Below are positions 9,981 to 19,904 of a stretch of DNA of 64,000 nt, in pieces (position 1 is the first letter of the stretch; every line of letters begins with the position of its first letter). This stretch comes from Bdellovibrionota bacterium (GTDB lineage Bacteria; Bdellovibrionota_C; UBA2361; JAAYZI01), in contig JBMNIF010000003.1 in the NCBI GenBank assembly GCA_050950765.1, forward strand, positions 416,001-480,000, written 5' to 3'. A program made the position numbers and the translations under genes. Under the pieces are notes generated by a model. That model was given only the letters and a program-made list of their open reading frames with translations, did not search any database and had not been told where the DNA came from.

Positions 9981-10418
9981 TCAAAAACCCTTCGGGACTA
10001 AAATGAGGATTTTTTTTCCCCTCGTAATACCGCCTTTCTTGCTGACCAGACTGACCAGAGGACGACTCAAAGTAAGAGCGCCCAAATCGGGATTCGGTCG
10101 ATTCTCTATTTTGACCTCTACGGATTCTGAAGCGATGAGCCCGAATTGGTTTTTTTCTTCGTCATCTTCGTATCCTAGCCAAACTAGTTCGACGACCTCT
10201 GCGGCGTTATTCAAGTTAGCTTCTGTGACGAGCTCTCCCCGCAGTATATCCACTTCTTTAGGTGCGTTAGTGGATATTGGCAGTTCACCCGTAGCAAGAC
10301 TTTTCGCAAAAATCCGAGCGATTACTTTACCGTTTCGTATCAAAACGATCATTTTACCAATGGGCAACCAAATTTCTTCCACGTTGCCTCTAGAACTTTT
10401 TCTTGTAGCATCAGCCAT
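9981..10418 (-). CDS. Hypothetical protein
   Basis: 145-aa ORF with ATG start and AAGGA upstream, co-directional with its neighbours; preferred over the antisense ORF. Confidence 0.55.
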   Translation of the reverse strand: MADATRKSSRGNVEEIWLPIGKMIVLIRNGKVIARIFAKSLATGELPISTNAPKEVDILRGELVTEANLNNAAEVVELVWLGYEDDEEKNQFGLIASESVEVKIENRPNPDLGALTLSRPLVSLVSKKGGITRGKKILILVPKGF

Positions 10419-10840
10419 TATTGCAGACTTTCTTCCTTAAGTATTGTTTTACTTTTCAGTTACTACGTTAAAAAAAGGTCCTCCTTTCTATTATCTATTT
10501 TTGTTATAAATACCTTTTAGACTATTGGGGCTGTTTACCCCTCCTTTCTATAAAAACCCTAATAGTTAGTTGTAGCGTTTCTCCTCTGTGCTAACGATGT
10601 CACCACAGAAGAGAAATACCTTTCCTTCTACCCTACAAATTGTCTGTGTATGTTAGCACTTTTAGAAATCTTAGTCACAACATCAGCAAAGGTTGCCATC
10701 GTGCTTTAGAAAGTCTGACTATTTGAAAGATTACTATATTTTTATGCTTTATTATTAGATATAACTAATTGATTTTATTCACTTTAACGATCTTAGTAGC
10801 CCAAAGTGAATAAATTAAGAGAAGGAGTGTCCTTCTTTTG

Positions 10841-10880
10841 AAGAGAGAGGAGAAGGAGAACTCTCCCTCCCCCCCTTTTT
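10841..10880 (-). terminator. Possible hairpin/terminator after sppA
   Basis: A purine tract and a pyrimidine tract just after the stop can pair, with G-U pairs, on the minus transcript; U-tail is poor. Confidence 0.3.
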
Positions 10881-10883
10881 AAA

Positions 10884-11786
10884 TTACATATACAACACTC
10901 GTACCCGCGCCGTATTTAAAGCATTTAGCGGAACATCCCAAGCTCCTTCTAAAAGCTTTTTAATTTTCTTCATATTATCTTCAGGATAATACAACTTCGG
11001 ATATTCTCCTTCCGGAAGGGGTTCTTTTAATATTTCAAAAACTTCACGTGCAGCATCATAAACATCACCGAACTTATCAACTAATCCAAGCTCTAAAGCC
11101 TTACTACCGATAATAATGCGTCCATCAGCAAAAGCTTCAACATCATCTCTCTTTAATTTTCGCCCATCAACTACAGCCTGCACAAAATCTTTTCTTATAT
11201 CCAAAATAGTTTCACTTAAAAGCGCTCTCTCTGAATCTGTCATCTCTCTAAAGATATTACCGGTATCTTTAAATTCCCCACTCTTAATAGTAACCATCTC
11301 AAAGCCAACTTGATCCGTAATTTTTCGAACGTTAGGCATCTGCATGATAACACCGATAGAACCAGTTATCGTTCCTGGTTGACAAAAAACTTTCGATGCA
11401 CCTAACGCTGAATACAAAGCACCCGACCCTGCGGTAGATCCCATAGAAGCAACGATCGGTTTTTTAGCTTTTAACTTCTCCACCGTTCTGTAAATATCTT
11501 GCGACGGAGCAACCGCTCCTCCAGGAGAATCAATGCGTAAAACGATGCCCTTTATCTTAGGATTATTAACCTGCTTATGCAGCTCTGCTACGATATCTTT
11601 CGATGATGTTATTGCGCCCTTCAATTCTACAACAGCGACTACCTTATCTAATGGAGAAAAAACAGGTTCAGAACTACGCACTCCACCAAGTGAAGTAATT
11701 AAGACACCGAGTAAAAAAATAGGTATAAATAAGAAAATAAAGCAAAGTGTCAGAACTTTAGCCAACCAGATTAAATAATTTTTCAT
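10884..11786 (-). CDS. sppA: Signal peptide peptidase SppA (36K type, S49)
   Basis: LRIDSPGG, KPIVASMG, TGSIGV, KSGEFKD, ADGR, GLVD; N-terminal TM segment. Confidence 0.93.
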   Translation of the reverse strand: MKNYLIWLAKVLTLCFIFLFIPIFLLGVLITSLGGVRSSEPVFSPLDKVVAVVELKGAITSSKDIVAELHKQVNNPKIKGIVLRIDSPGGAVAPSQDIYRTVEKLKAKKPIVASMGSTAGSGALYSALGASKVFCQPGTITGSIGVIMQMPNVRKITDQVGFEMVTIKSGEFKDTGNIFREMTDSERALLSETILDIRKDFVQAVVDGRKLKRDDVEAFADGRIIIGSKALELGLVDKFGDVYDAAREVFEILKEPLPEGEYPKLYYPEDNMKKIKKLLEGAWDVPLNALNTARVRVLYM

Positions 11787-11799
11787 TACACTCTCACCG

Positions 11800-12093
11800 T
11801 TAAATAAAACCCAATAGCGCCTTTACCTCTTCATTCGGCTCCCATGGTGGATCAAAACAAAGTGTTACATAAACATCTTCGACACCTTCAAGAGCAGCTA
11901 CTCTCTCTCTAACAGACAACACCATCTCCGGTCCAGCTGGGCAGGCTGGTGTTGTAAGGGTCATCTTTATATTGACAAAAGATTCGTCCTCGATCGAGAT
12001 ATCGTATATCAACCCTAGAAACCAAACATCGAGCAAAAGCTCAGGATCTAACACCGTTTTTAAGGCTTCTATAACTGCTTCTTTCGTGACCAT
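11800..12093 (-). CDS. DUF59/SufT-like Fe-S cluster assembly protein
   Basis: V.DPEL...LGLIY, MTLTTPACP, FDPPW. Confidence 0.9.
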   Translation of the reverse strand: MVTKEAVIEALKTVLDPELLLDVWFLGLIYDISIEDESFVNIKMTLTTPACPAGPEMVLSVRERVAALEGVEDVYVTLCFDPPWEPNEEVKALLGFI

Positions 12094-12131
12094 ATATTAT
12101 CATCACCACATTTAAGATAAAGCAAGCAATC

Positions 12132-13373
12132 CTATTCCAAAATCGTCTTCAGTAACGTATTGCCTGAAATCGGCTTCTGTAAACACGCTGCAGCACCACA
12201 ACTGATAGCACGAACCTCCGCCTCTTTATCTTCCACAAAAGCGATCACCTTAGCTTGTACCTTCAGCTCACTTTTTATTAAGCGTAACAATTCGCAACCA
12301 TACCCAGACTCAACGGCACTATCAATTAAAATAATATCGAATTGCATATCACTTGTATAGACAACAACTTCCTGCGCCGTCTCTGCTATCTCAACGGATC
12401 CGCCCCAAGCTTCTGCCAATCTTACTAAGATATCTCGCACCTCATTATTATCAGCCACTACAAGTATTTTATGTTGAATTAACGGTGTGGAGTCATCTAA
12501 TATCTCAAGCATATCTTCATAGAACTCATCAATGCTCTTTTTGTCTTCGCAGACAGCTGGAATCCGCACCGTAAAACGGGTTCCTACACCTTCACGGCTC
12601 CAAGCTTTTATCTCACCTCCTGCCGCAGCTACAAGGTTTTTACAAACAGCTAGCCCGATCCCCAAACCATCCTGCTTTACCTTACTATCATCCGTTGAAC
12701 GATAATAAGGCTCAAATAGGTGCGGAAGATCTCCTTCTGCAATGCCAGAGCCGTTATCAGAAACTTCAATAGTAATAAACGGCACAGGAAACTCACTCCG
12801 TGCAGAAACCTGTACCTCTCCCCTTTCCGGAGTAAACTTTAGTGCGTTATGCAGTAGATTAAAGATAACCTGCTTTAGATGTTTGGGGTCGATATAAGCA
12901 GTAAGATTAGCCTCATGCTTAATAAATTTAATTGTAATGCTTTTCCTCTGCGCATTAGATTGCAATAAACCGACTATACTTCCTAAAACATTATTAACAT
13001 CCACATTACTCGGTTCAGGTTTAAGTAAAGCACTTTCTGCCATACTGACATCAAGGAAATCCGTTACTAATTTCAATAACTGATCACTATACTCCCTGAT
13101 ATAACTCAACGATTTTCTATGCTCTTCCGGTAGCTTTTCTCCTAATAGCAACTCAAGGGTTTCTGCCGAACATAAGATAGCAGTAATGGGGTTTTTTATT
13201 TCATGTGCCACATCTCTAGCAAGGTTAGCACGCATGCTTAAAAGCTTATCTAAATGCGCACACTCGCATTCACTCTTTTTTAGCCTCTTTCTACAAACGG
13301 CAAAACAGATCCATCCGCACACAGCTGTAAGTGCTACCAATAAAAAAGGTATAAAAAGATAGTACTCCCCCAT
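12132..13373 (-). CDS. Hybrid sensor histidine kinase/receiver with a single N-terminal TM segment and no clear sensor domain
   Basis: H-box AHEIKNP, N-box NLLHNALKF, G1 DNGSGI, G2 GLGIGL; C-terminal receiver (IILID...CLQKP). Confidence 0.92.
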   Translation of the reverse strand: MGEYYLFIPFLLVALTAVCGWICFAVCRKRLKKSECECAHLDKLLSMRANLARDVAHEIKNPITAILCSAETLELLLGEKLPEEHRKSLSYIREYSDQLLKLVTDFLDVSMAESALLKPEPSNVDVNNVLGSIVGLLQSNAQRKSITIKFIKHEANLTAYIDPKHLKQVIFNLLHNALKFTPERGEVQVSARSEFPVPFITIEVSDNGSGIAEGDLPHLFEPYYRSTDDSKVKQDGLGIGLAVCKNLVAAAGGEIKAWSREGVGTRFTVRIPAVCEDKKSIDEFYEDMLEILDDSTPLIQHKILVVADNNEVRDILVRLAEAWGGSVEIAETAQEVVVYTSDMQFDIILIDSAVESGYGCELLRLIKSELKVQAKVIAFVEDKEAEVRAISCGAAACLQKPISGNTLLKTILE

Positions 13374-13413
13374 AAAAAGGAATCCCTCATATTTTACAAA
13401 AGGCTCATCCTTT

Positions 13414-13440
13414 TTATCGACCTGTTATAAGAACGGCTTA
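13414..13440 (-). promoter_or_regulatory. Sigma28 (FliA)-like promoter upstream of the hybrid kinase
   Basis: Minus strand reads TAAG-N15-GTCGATAA versus consensus TAAA-N15-GCCGATAA, 40 bp upstream of the start. Confidence 0.5.
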
Positions 13441-13444
13441 ACCT

Positions 13445-13491
13445 AAAAAAACTCCCCCTTTTTAAGAAAACAACAATAAAAAGGAGGAGTT
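13445..13491 (-). terminator. Rho-independent terminator after flgE
   Basis: Inverted repeat AACTCC(C)CCTTTTTA...TAAAAAGGAGGAGTT followed by a T run on the minus strand. Confidence 0.55.
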
Positions 13492-13533
13492 GTGCTTAAA
13501 GATGAGTGCTAAATATCATCTTTTCTATTTGGA

Positions 13534-14838
13534 TTAGGTAAGATTTATAATCTCGTTTAATAACTGATTAATCGTTGTAATGATACGCGAATTAGCTTGA
13601 AAGCTACGTTGTAAAGTGATTAATTTTACAAACTCGCTGGCGATATCAACAGTAGATAACTCCAAAGAGCCTGACTCTATACTTCCTAAAGTACCACTCC
13701 CCGAGCGTCCAATAATCGGAGAACCGGATTCCAACGTTTCTTGTAGATAATTTGCGCCAACCCTTTCTAACCCTTCAGAGTTAGCAAAATTAGCCATCCC
13801 AACTGTACCAATCACGGATGTTTGACCATTATCTAAGACTGCAAAAATTCGACCTGCTTTATCGATACTCAAACTGGTAATTGAGCCCACACCGTTACCA
13901 TCCCCCGTGATAGAACCGATTCCAGCAGGTGTTGAATACATAGTGAAAAGCCCAAAGGAGAAATCTATCTCCGTAGCAGCCGCTCCTTTTGACCACTGTA
14001 CATTAGCTGTAATATCGCTAGTACCAACCGCAGGAGGATTGGTTCTTGCGCCGTTTCCGTCAAACGTCATCGTTGCCGTACCGATGCAATACGGAACACC
14101 ATCACCACCGCCATTATCAACTTCATTGGCATCAACATATAAACGTACTTCATACTCACTATCTGAATGCGCAGTACCATCCTTCGTCCTAAAGAAGTAT
14201 GCCGTTACGGTGTGACTTGTTCCTAAAGAATCAAAAACATCTACAACTGTTTGAAACGCTGCAGCTTCTGTTAAGTTCGCATAGGTGGCGGTACCGCCCC
14301 CTTCTATTGTTACAGGGATATCATTGACACCACCGGGTAAGGCGACATCTCGTGCATCAAGATTTCCTGAAATTGCTACATTTTTTGTTGCCACATTTTC
14401 TTGAGTAATTGTCGTAGCATTTAGATCTTCAAGAGAGCCTGAACCACTCGCTGGAAAGCCTTGAACTCTATTCCCTCTTTGATCGACGATATAACCTTCA
14501 TCATCAAGTTTAAAATTACCAGCTCTGGTATAGTACCGTTGGTCTCCTTTAGACACGATAAAGAAACCGTTGCCATCGATAGCGAGATCTAAATCTCGAC
14601 CCGTTACTTCCAAAGTTCCCTGTTCAAAGACATTAGTAACAGCGCTGGCGGCGGATCCACTACCGACAACCTTTCCGCTAGTTTGACCTCCAGCGATAAT
14701 ATCTTCAAATTCAGTACGTGAAGTTTTATATCCAACCGTACTAGAATTAGAGATATTATCTCCGACAACGGCTATTGCAACACCATGACTTGTAAGACCG
14801 GCTCGACCGGAAAACAATCCATTTACAATACTTGACAC
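13534..14838 (-). CDS. flgE: Flagellar hook protein
   Basis: NISNSSTVGYK, TGRDLDLAIDGNGFF, YTRAGNF, VFDSLG, LELSTVDIASEFVKLITLQRSFQAN; GTG start with GGAGG RBS. Confidence 0.95.
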   Translation of the reverse strand: MSSIVNGLFSGRAGLTSHGVAIAVVGDNISNSSTVGYKTSRTEFEDIIAGGQTSGKVVGSGSAASAVTNVFEQGTLEVTGRDLDLAIDGNGFFIVSKGDQRYYTRAGNFKLDDEGYIVDQRGNRVQGFPASGSGSLEDLNATTITQENVATKNVAISGNLDARDVALPGGVNDIPVTIEGGGTATYANLTEAAAFQTVVDVFDSLGTSHTVTAYFFRTKDGTAHSDSEYEVRLYVDANEVDNGGGDGVPYCIGTATMTFDGNGARTNPPAVGTSDITANVQWSKGAAATEIDFSFGLFTMYSTPAGIGSITGDGNGVGSITSLSIDKAGRIFAVLDNGQTSVIGTVGMANFANSEGLERVGANYLQETLESGSPIIGRSGSGTLGSIESGSLELSTVDIASEFVKLITLQRSFQANSRIITTINQLLNEIINLT

Positions 14839-14934
14839 GTCATATCCTCCTACTTAATCTAGCGCCGCCAACTAACTAACGACACCAGAGCTGTTACTTC
14901 TTTAGCAAAGTTGAGCCCCTATATAAGGTTCACA

Positions 14935-15612
14935 CTATGCATTCGTTTTTGCTAACCTCACTTCCTTGATTTTATCAAGGCTAACCTCACTCCCGTTCAC
15001 CAATAATGTTGGAGAATCACCTGGAATAAATCCATCTACAATCCCTGAGCTATATGCTGTCGGCGTTAATTGAGCGCCATTAAGTGTTGTCGCAGTAATA
15101 TTCATCAAATATTCACCATCGGGAATACCTACTTCCCCGAGATCTACACTGCATTGACCTGCCTTTAAGTTTTCAAAGTTAACAGTTGCCACCGTTGTTC
15201 CGTTGCTATTTACAAGCTCTACAGAAACATCTTTAGCATCTTGAGAAAGATCGAAGCTGATACTTCCTGCATTGCCATTTGAAACGGTAGTGGTTCTTGA
15301 ATTCAAGAGAACTTCATGACCTAAATAAGAAGCCATTGAAGAAGCGCTCTCTGTACCTGACGCATTGTTTGCCTTCTCTAATTTTCCGTTAATATCGATT
15401 AACTGTTCCAACTGACTAAACTGTGCCAAGTTTACGGCAAAATCATCATTACTCATCGGATCCAACGGATCTTGATTTTTTAATTGAGCCACTAACATCG
15501 TCAAAAACTCATTTTTGCCGATAGTGTTATCACTTTTCTCCTTTACAACTGCAGCACTACTTTGTGTTGCGTTAATGTTATCAATAAAATTATTTGCATC
15601 TATCATCGTCAT
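14935..15612 (-). CDS. flgD: Flagellar hook capping protein
   Basis: FLTMLVAQLKNQDPLDPM...LAQFSQLEQL; start probably at 15612 rather than 15633. Confidence 0.93.
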   Translation of the reverse strand: MTMIDANNFIDNINATQSSAAVVKEKSDNTIGKNEFLTMLVAQLKNQDPLDPMSNDDFAVNLAQFSQLEQLIDINGKLEKANNASGTESASSMASYLGHEVLLNSRTTTVSNGNAGSISFDLSQDAKDVSVELVNSNGTTVATVNFENLKAGQCSVDLGEVGIPDGEYLMNITATTLNGAQLTPTAYSSGIVDGFIPGDSPTLLVNGSEVSLDKIKEVRLAKTNA

Positions 15613-15620
15613 ATCTTCAC

Positions 15621-17441
15621 CTATGCTATCCAATGGTCATTAGAATCAAGTGTCTTTACCTTTCTAGTTGAAGCAGGAGCTTCACTATTCTCTCTTTTTG
15701 AAGCAGCTAACGGATCTCTTTCACCCTTATCTTGTTGAGTCTGCTGCTGCATCGTCCCTTCAAATGTTCCTTCATCTGAAGCGACAGACACACTTACCTG
15801 ATCAACATTAATCCCTAAATTCCTTAGGATCTGTTGCAGTTCAGGGGCTCTCTCTCTTAAAGCCTGATTAACAGCGGCATTATCCGCCACTAATCTAGCG
15901 TGTAAGTTACCATCCCTTAATGTCACATCGACCTTCAAAGTTCCCAATTCTTCTGGATCGAGTTTAATTGAAATAGTCTTGCCATCCTTTGAACGTGAAA
16001 TCTCTTTCAAAGCATCTTCAACTCGTGCCAACATGCTACTTGTTTGAGAGCGTGTCAGCATCTTTGTATTTTTCGTATTTTCAGAATCTCTATTTGTTTG
16101 CGTGTTATTATCAGCGGCATCAGAGACGACAGCAGAAACTCCTTGCACCGTTGTATTTTGTGTTGCTTGTTGTGTAGCAACAGCCACACTCTCAGATATC
16201 ACTTCAGCTGCGCTTAAGTTTGCATTTGAAAGGTATTGCGATTGCCAGATCTGCCCATAACTTGAAAAGATATTAACCTGTGTATCAGAAGCGATATCAG
16301 GTGTTGAATATTCAGATACATCTGAAACATTCTCTACTTTATCTTGCAAGATCTTAGCGATTAAATCTTCCTCAGTTTTTGTATTTTTAAAGGTTTGTTG
16401 AGGATCTAACTCCACATCCTCTTCTGCAATAACTTCAGCACTTACTGTTTTCGGAGTAGAAACTTTTACGACTTCTTCTTCAATTGATTTTACGATATCT
16501 TCGGAAGCAACGTTTGTTATTTTCTGATCTAAAACTTCTCCTTCAGAAAGATCCTCCATAGGATACTCTCCAAAATCTAAAGGCTCATCTAAGTTTTCTT
16601 TAAGAGTTTCTTCTTTTACAACCGCCTCTTGATCTGTTTTTAACGGCGCTGCTGTAAGTGGAATATCAGCTCCGTCTGAAGGTATCACAGCAGTTTCATC
16701 TGAAATTGTAGCAACACTTTTATCTAAAATAGCGACACCCTCTTCATCTGGAAGTATCGCAGCAGTTTCAGGGGTGAGACTTTCTTCAATATCTTCACTG
16801 GATTCTTTTACAACCGCCTCTTGATCTGTTTTTAACGGCGCTGCTGTAAGTGGAATATCAGCTCCGTCTGAAGGTATCACAGCAGTTTCATCTGAAATTG
16901 TAGCAACACTTTTATCTAAAATAGCGACACCCTCTTCATCTGGAAGTATCGCAGCAGTTTCAGGGGTGAGACTTTCTTCAATATCTTCACTGGATTCTTT
17001 TGCAACAACCTCTTTTACAGGCATATCCTCTGTCACAGGGGCTGCAACTACGTCACCTTCTAGCTTAACGTCTTTTTCTGGTGTTGCATTTAAAGTCTGA
17101 TCCTTTGATTCGTCTTCTTTTGAAGGTACCTTTTCGGCATTATCTTTTTTAGCCACGTTTTTTTGTGGCGTTTCGACGGTTGTTATTGATTTAGAATTTT
17201 TATCAGGATCTTTTACCTTCTGTTTTTTGTTCTGTTTTTTAGTTATCCCTTCAATTTTAACTCCTTTTTCTATCTCTCCGCAGCCGATTCCGGCAACTTG
17301 TAGGGCAATTTTGTCCAGTAGGGAGGAAAATTCATCCATCAATTCTTTATTACTTTTTTTCTTCGTCTCTGCATCGGCAGCAAATGCAGGTTGCTGTATT
17401 TGCATGTCAAATTGAGCATTAACTTCGATTCCCACTGTCAT
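15621..17441 (-). CDS. fliK: Flagellar hook-length control protein
   Basis: Acidic, low-complexity N-terminus; C-terminal T3S4 domain IKLDPEELGTLKVDV...L.E..PEL...L...G; directly upstream of flgD-flgE. Confidence 0.9.
   Translation of the reverse strand: MTVGIEVNAQFDMQIQQPAFAADAETKKKSNKELMDEFSSLLDKIALQVAGIGCGEIEKGVKIEGITKKQNKKQKVKDPDKNSKSITTVETPQKNVAKKDNAEKVPSKEDESKDQTLNATPEKDVKLEGDVVAAPVTEDMPVKEVVAKESSEDIEESLTPETAAILPDEEGVAILDKSVATISDETAVIPSDGADIPLTAAPLKTDQEAVVKESSEDIEESLTPETAAILPDEEGVAILDKSVATISDETAVIPSDGADIPLTAAPLKTDQEAVVKEETLKENLDEPLDFGEYPMEDLSEGEVLDQKITNVASEDIVKSIEEEVVKVSTPKTVSAEVIAEEDVELDPQQTFKNTKTEEDLIAKILQDKVENVSDVSEYSTPDIASDTQVNIFSSYGQIWQSQYLSNANLSAAEVISESVAVATQQATQNTTVQGVSAVVSDAADNNTQTNRDSENTKNTKMLTRSQTSSMLARVEDALKEISRSKDGKTISIKLDPEELGTLKVDVTLRDGNLHARLVADNAAVNQALRERAPELQQILRNLGINVDQVSVSVASDEGTFEGTMQQQTQQDKGERDPLAASKRENSEAPASTRKVKTLDSNDHWIA
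16611..17001. repeat. Exact in-frame 192-bp (64-aa) tandem duplication within fliK
   Basis: ACCGCCTCTTGATCTG at 16621 and 16813; peptide KESSEDIEE...DQEAVV occurs twice. Confidence 0.95.
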
Positions 17442-17479
17442 ACGATCTCCGAAAAGGTGTAGGTTATACCGTTAACAAA

Positions 17480-17496
17480 AGCAAAACCCGATCCAG
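17480..17496 (-). promoter_or_regulatory. Sigma54 -24/-12 promoter for fliK-flgD-flgE
   Basis: Minus strand CTGGATCGGGTTTTGCT has GG-N10-GC with TTGC, about 40 bp upstream of the fliK start. Confidence 0.55.
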
Positions 17497-17794
17497 CACC
17501 ACAACAAAAGAAGGACTGAATGTTTTCAATATGTTAGGACGAGAGCGGATGAATCTTCAGAAGGCAATTTCTACCCCCCTCCCCTTCTAGCAGAAAAGTT
17601 TTCCTATATTTTTTGAGGGAAGAGAGGTGGTGTCTACTAAAGAGCTTTTCCTGCCTTCTTTTAAAAGAAAAGTTTTCTTATATTTTTTATTAGACGGTGG
17701 ATAACCTCATGTGTTGTTTCAAAATTGATCTATTTAAAAAAAACGGATATGAAAACACACTACTGTTAATTATGCCTACTCTTACGGAGCTTTA

Positions 17795-19792
17795 ATGCTT
17801 AATTACATTAAGAATCTATCAAAGTCTTTTGACAGGCAATTTTCTGAAAACGGGTTATTACGCTTTGATATAAAATTGCAATTAGTGTTGTTTTGCTCAC
17901 TCCTCTTATTTGTTTTATTTATAACTTGTAAGCTTTCCTTTTCTTCTATCGGAATGTGGAATGAGATATTTCCAGAGGAAGGTATTTCCACAACATTATT
18001 TGGGAAACCTAAAGGTATAAGATCTGATGAATGGTTGGTGATTTCTCCAATGTACCTATCCCAGATGCAGCAGAATGGCACCCTTGACAGTCAGAATTTA
18101 GGCGCAAAGGGCTCTGCCTTATTACTATCACTCCCAACAGCATCCATATTTTCCATAATACGACCATCTCTTGTCGGAGCAGCTTTTCTGTCGGAAGAGT
18201 TTGCATTTTCATATAGTTGGGCTGTCAGAACTATTGTCTTCTGGCTCTCCTCTTTTTTAGTTTTAATGCTACTAACTAAAAACAGGCTTTTAATTTCATT
18301 CTTATGTTCATTATTTCTATATTTTTCCGGCTTTGTGCAATGGTGGTTCTCAAGCGTTAATCTTTACATGACCAGCATTAATGTGATTTTTCTAGCAAGT
18401 TGTTATTTTATTTTATCGTCTAAAAAAACAAATATCCTGTTAGCGACTATTATAGGCTCCTTATTCTTTATTGATTTTGTCCTTGTTTTATACCCTCCGT
18501 TTTTAATTCCGTTAGTTCATCTATATCTATTTATACTTATTGGGTGGAGCCTCGATAATTGGGATAAGAAGAGAATTTTTAAATACCTACATTTAAAGAT
18601 AGCACTATTTTTTATTGTAATCTTTTCTCTAACTACATTTTTCTTATCATTTTACAACTCTGCAAAAGAAGCTATTTATCTTATCCAACACACTGTCTAT
18701 CCAGGGGCTCGTTCCATTTCAGGAGGGGGGCTCCCATTTTCTGATCTTTTTACAGGTTTTTTTACACTATTTTTAACAGAATCTATTGCAACAAAGCTTG
18801 GGACAAATATCTGTGAGCTAAGTAATTTTACTTTTGTTTGGCCACTTTTATTTTTCCCTTTCTTTAAGATTAGAAATATTAGGGGGGTGCGCTATCTTTT
18901 TATCTCTCTTGCTGCATATTTTATCTTTATTTCAATCTGGATTTTTTATGGGTTCCCTGAACCCTTAGCTAAGATAACTCTTATGAATGTAGTTCAACCG
19001 AAACGTGCTTTTATCGGAATGGGGATGGCAAACACTCTCTTTTTAGCCGTTTTTATGAGTATGAATCATTTTGAACTTACTAAATCAAAAGCTCTCAAAG
19101 TTATTTCCTCCTTATTTCTACTCTTACTTTTATCGATTTTTTCCTACTATTCTTACAAGAGAAGTTTGGAATTGGGAGTGCTTCAGAATCCTCAACATCT
19201 AGTCTTATTCATTATAGCCTATTCAAGTATATTAATTGCACTTTACTATCGTAAGGAAATCGCCCTATTCCTACTTGCTGGAATAGCAGTTTTTTCAACT
19301 TATTCGGTAAATCCCATTGAGCATGGAATTGCTGCCATAAAAGGGAAAGAATTATCGAAAGTTATAAAAAAAGAGAGTGCGGGTGAAAATTATTGGATCG
19401 CATATAACGATAATAACATCACTGCCAATTTCGCTATGGCAAATGGTGCCAATGTTTTTAACGGGACAAAATACACTCCTCTCCTTGAAGAGTTAGCTAT
19501 ATTAGATCCTGAACATAAATATACTCAAATTTATAATAGATATGCGCACATTGCAGTTAACCCATTACCTGATAAAAAAGCACCTCCTCAATTTAAACTA
19601 TTTAGTCCTGATGCCTACATCATTGAAATACACCCCTGCTCTCCCTATTTAAAAAAACTTGGAATTACACACTTTATATTTTCAGGGAAGCCTGCCCCTG
19701 AACTTACACGCTGCCTCACTCCATTAAATCAAGAGCCTCTATCAGGTTCAGTTTTTATTTATAAAAGAAAGAACAAACGAATAAAACTTTAG
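17795..19792 (+). CDS. Polytopic membrane protein, probable GT-C-fold glycosyltransferase (copy 1)
   Basis: Many TM helices; IRSDEW acidic motif after TM1; QWW, YPPF, TVYPGAR, YNRYA. Confidence 0.7.
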   Translation: MLNYIKNLSKSFDRQFSENGLLRFDIKLQLVLFCSLLLFVLFITCKLSFSSIGMWNEIFPEEGISTTLFGKPKGIRSDEWLVISPMYLSQMQQNGTLDSQNLGAKGSALLLSLPTASIFSIIRPSLVGAAFLSEEFAFSYSWAVRTIVFWLSSFLVLMLLTKNRLLISFLCSLFLYFSGFVQWWFSSVNLYMTSINVIFLASCYFILSSKKTNILLATIIGSLFFIDFVLVLYPPFLIPLVHLYLFILIGWSLDNWDKKRIFKYLHLKIALFFIVIFSLTTFFLSFYNSAKEAIYLIQHTVYPGARSISGGGLPFSDLFTGFFTLFLTESIATKLGTNICELSNFTFVWPLLFFPFFKIRNIRGVRYLFISLAAYFIFISIWIFYGFPEPLAKITLMNVVQPKRAFIGMGMANTLFLAVFMSMNHFELTKSKALKVISSLFLLLLLSIFSYYSYKRSLELGVLQNPQHLVLFIIAYSSILIALYYRKEIALFLLAGIAVFSTYSVNPIEHGIAAIKGKELSKVIKKESAGENYWIAYNDNNITANFAMANGANVFNGTKYTPLLEELAILDPEHKYTQIYNRYAHIAVNPLPDKKAPPQFKLFSPDAYIIEIHPCSPYLKKLGITHFIFSGKPAPELTRCLTPLNQEPLSGSVFIYKRKNKRIKL

Positions 19793-19904
19793 CATCACTT
19801 GAGGCGGAGTTGTTTAGCGTGTTACTTTTCAAAATTGATTTATTTAGAAAAAACATATATGAAAACACACTACTGTTAATTGTCCATAATTTTACGGAGC
19901 TTTA

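Noticed and set aside
10575..10620. Hairpin TTTCTC-CTCTGTG...CACAG-AA-GAGAAA in a long intergenic region
   Set aside because: No recognisable riboswitch or ncRNA motif; insufficient support
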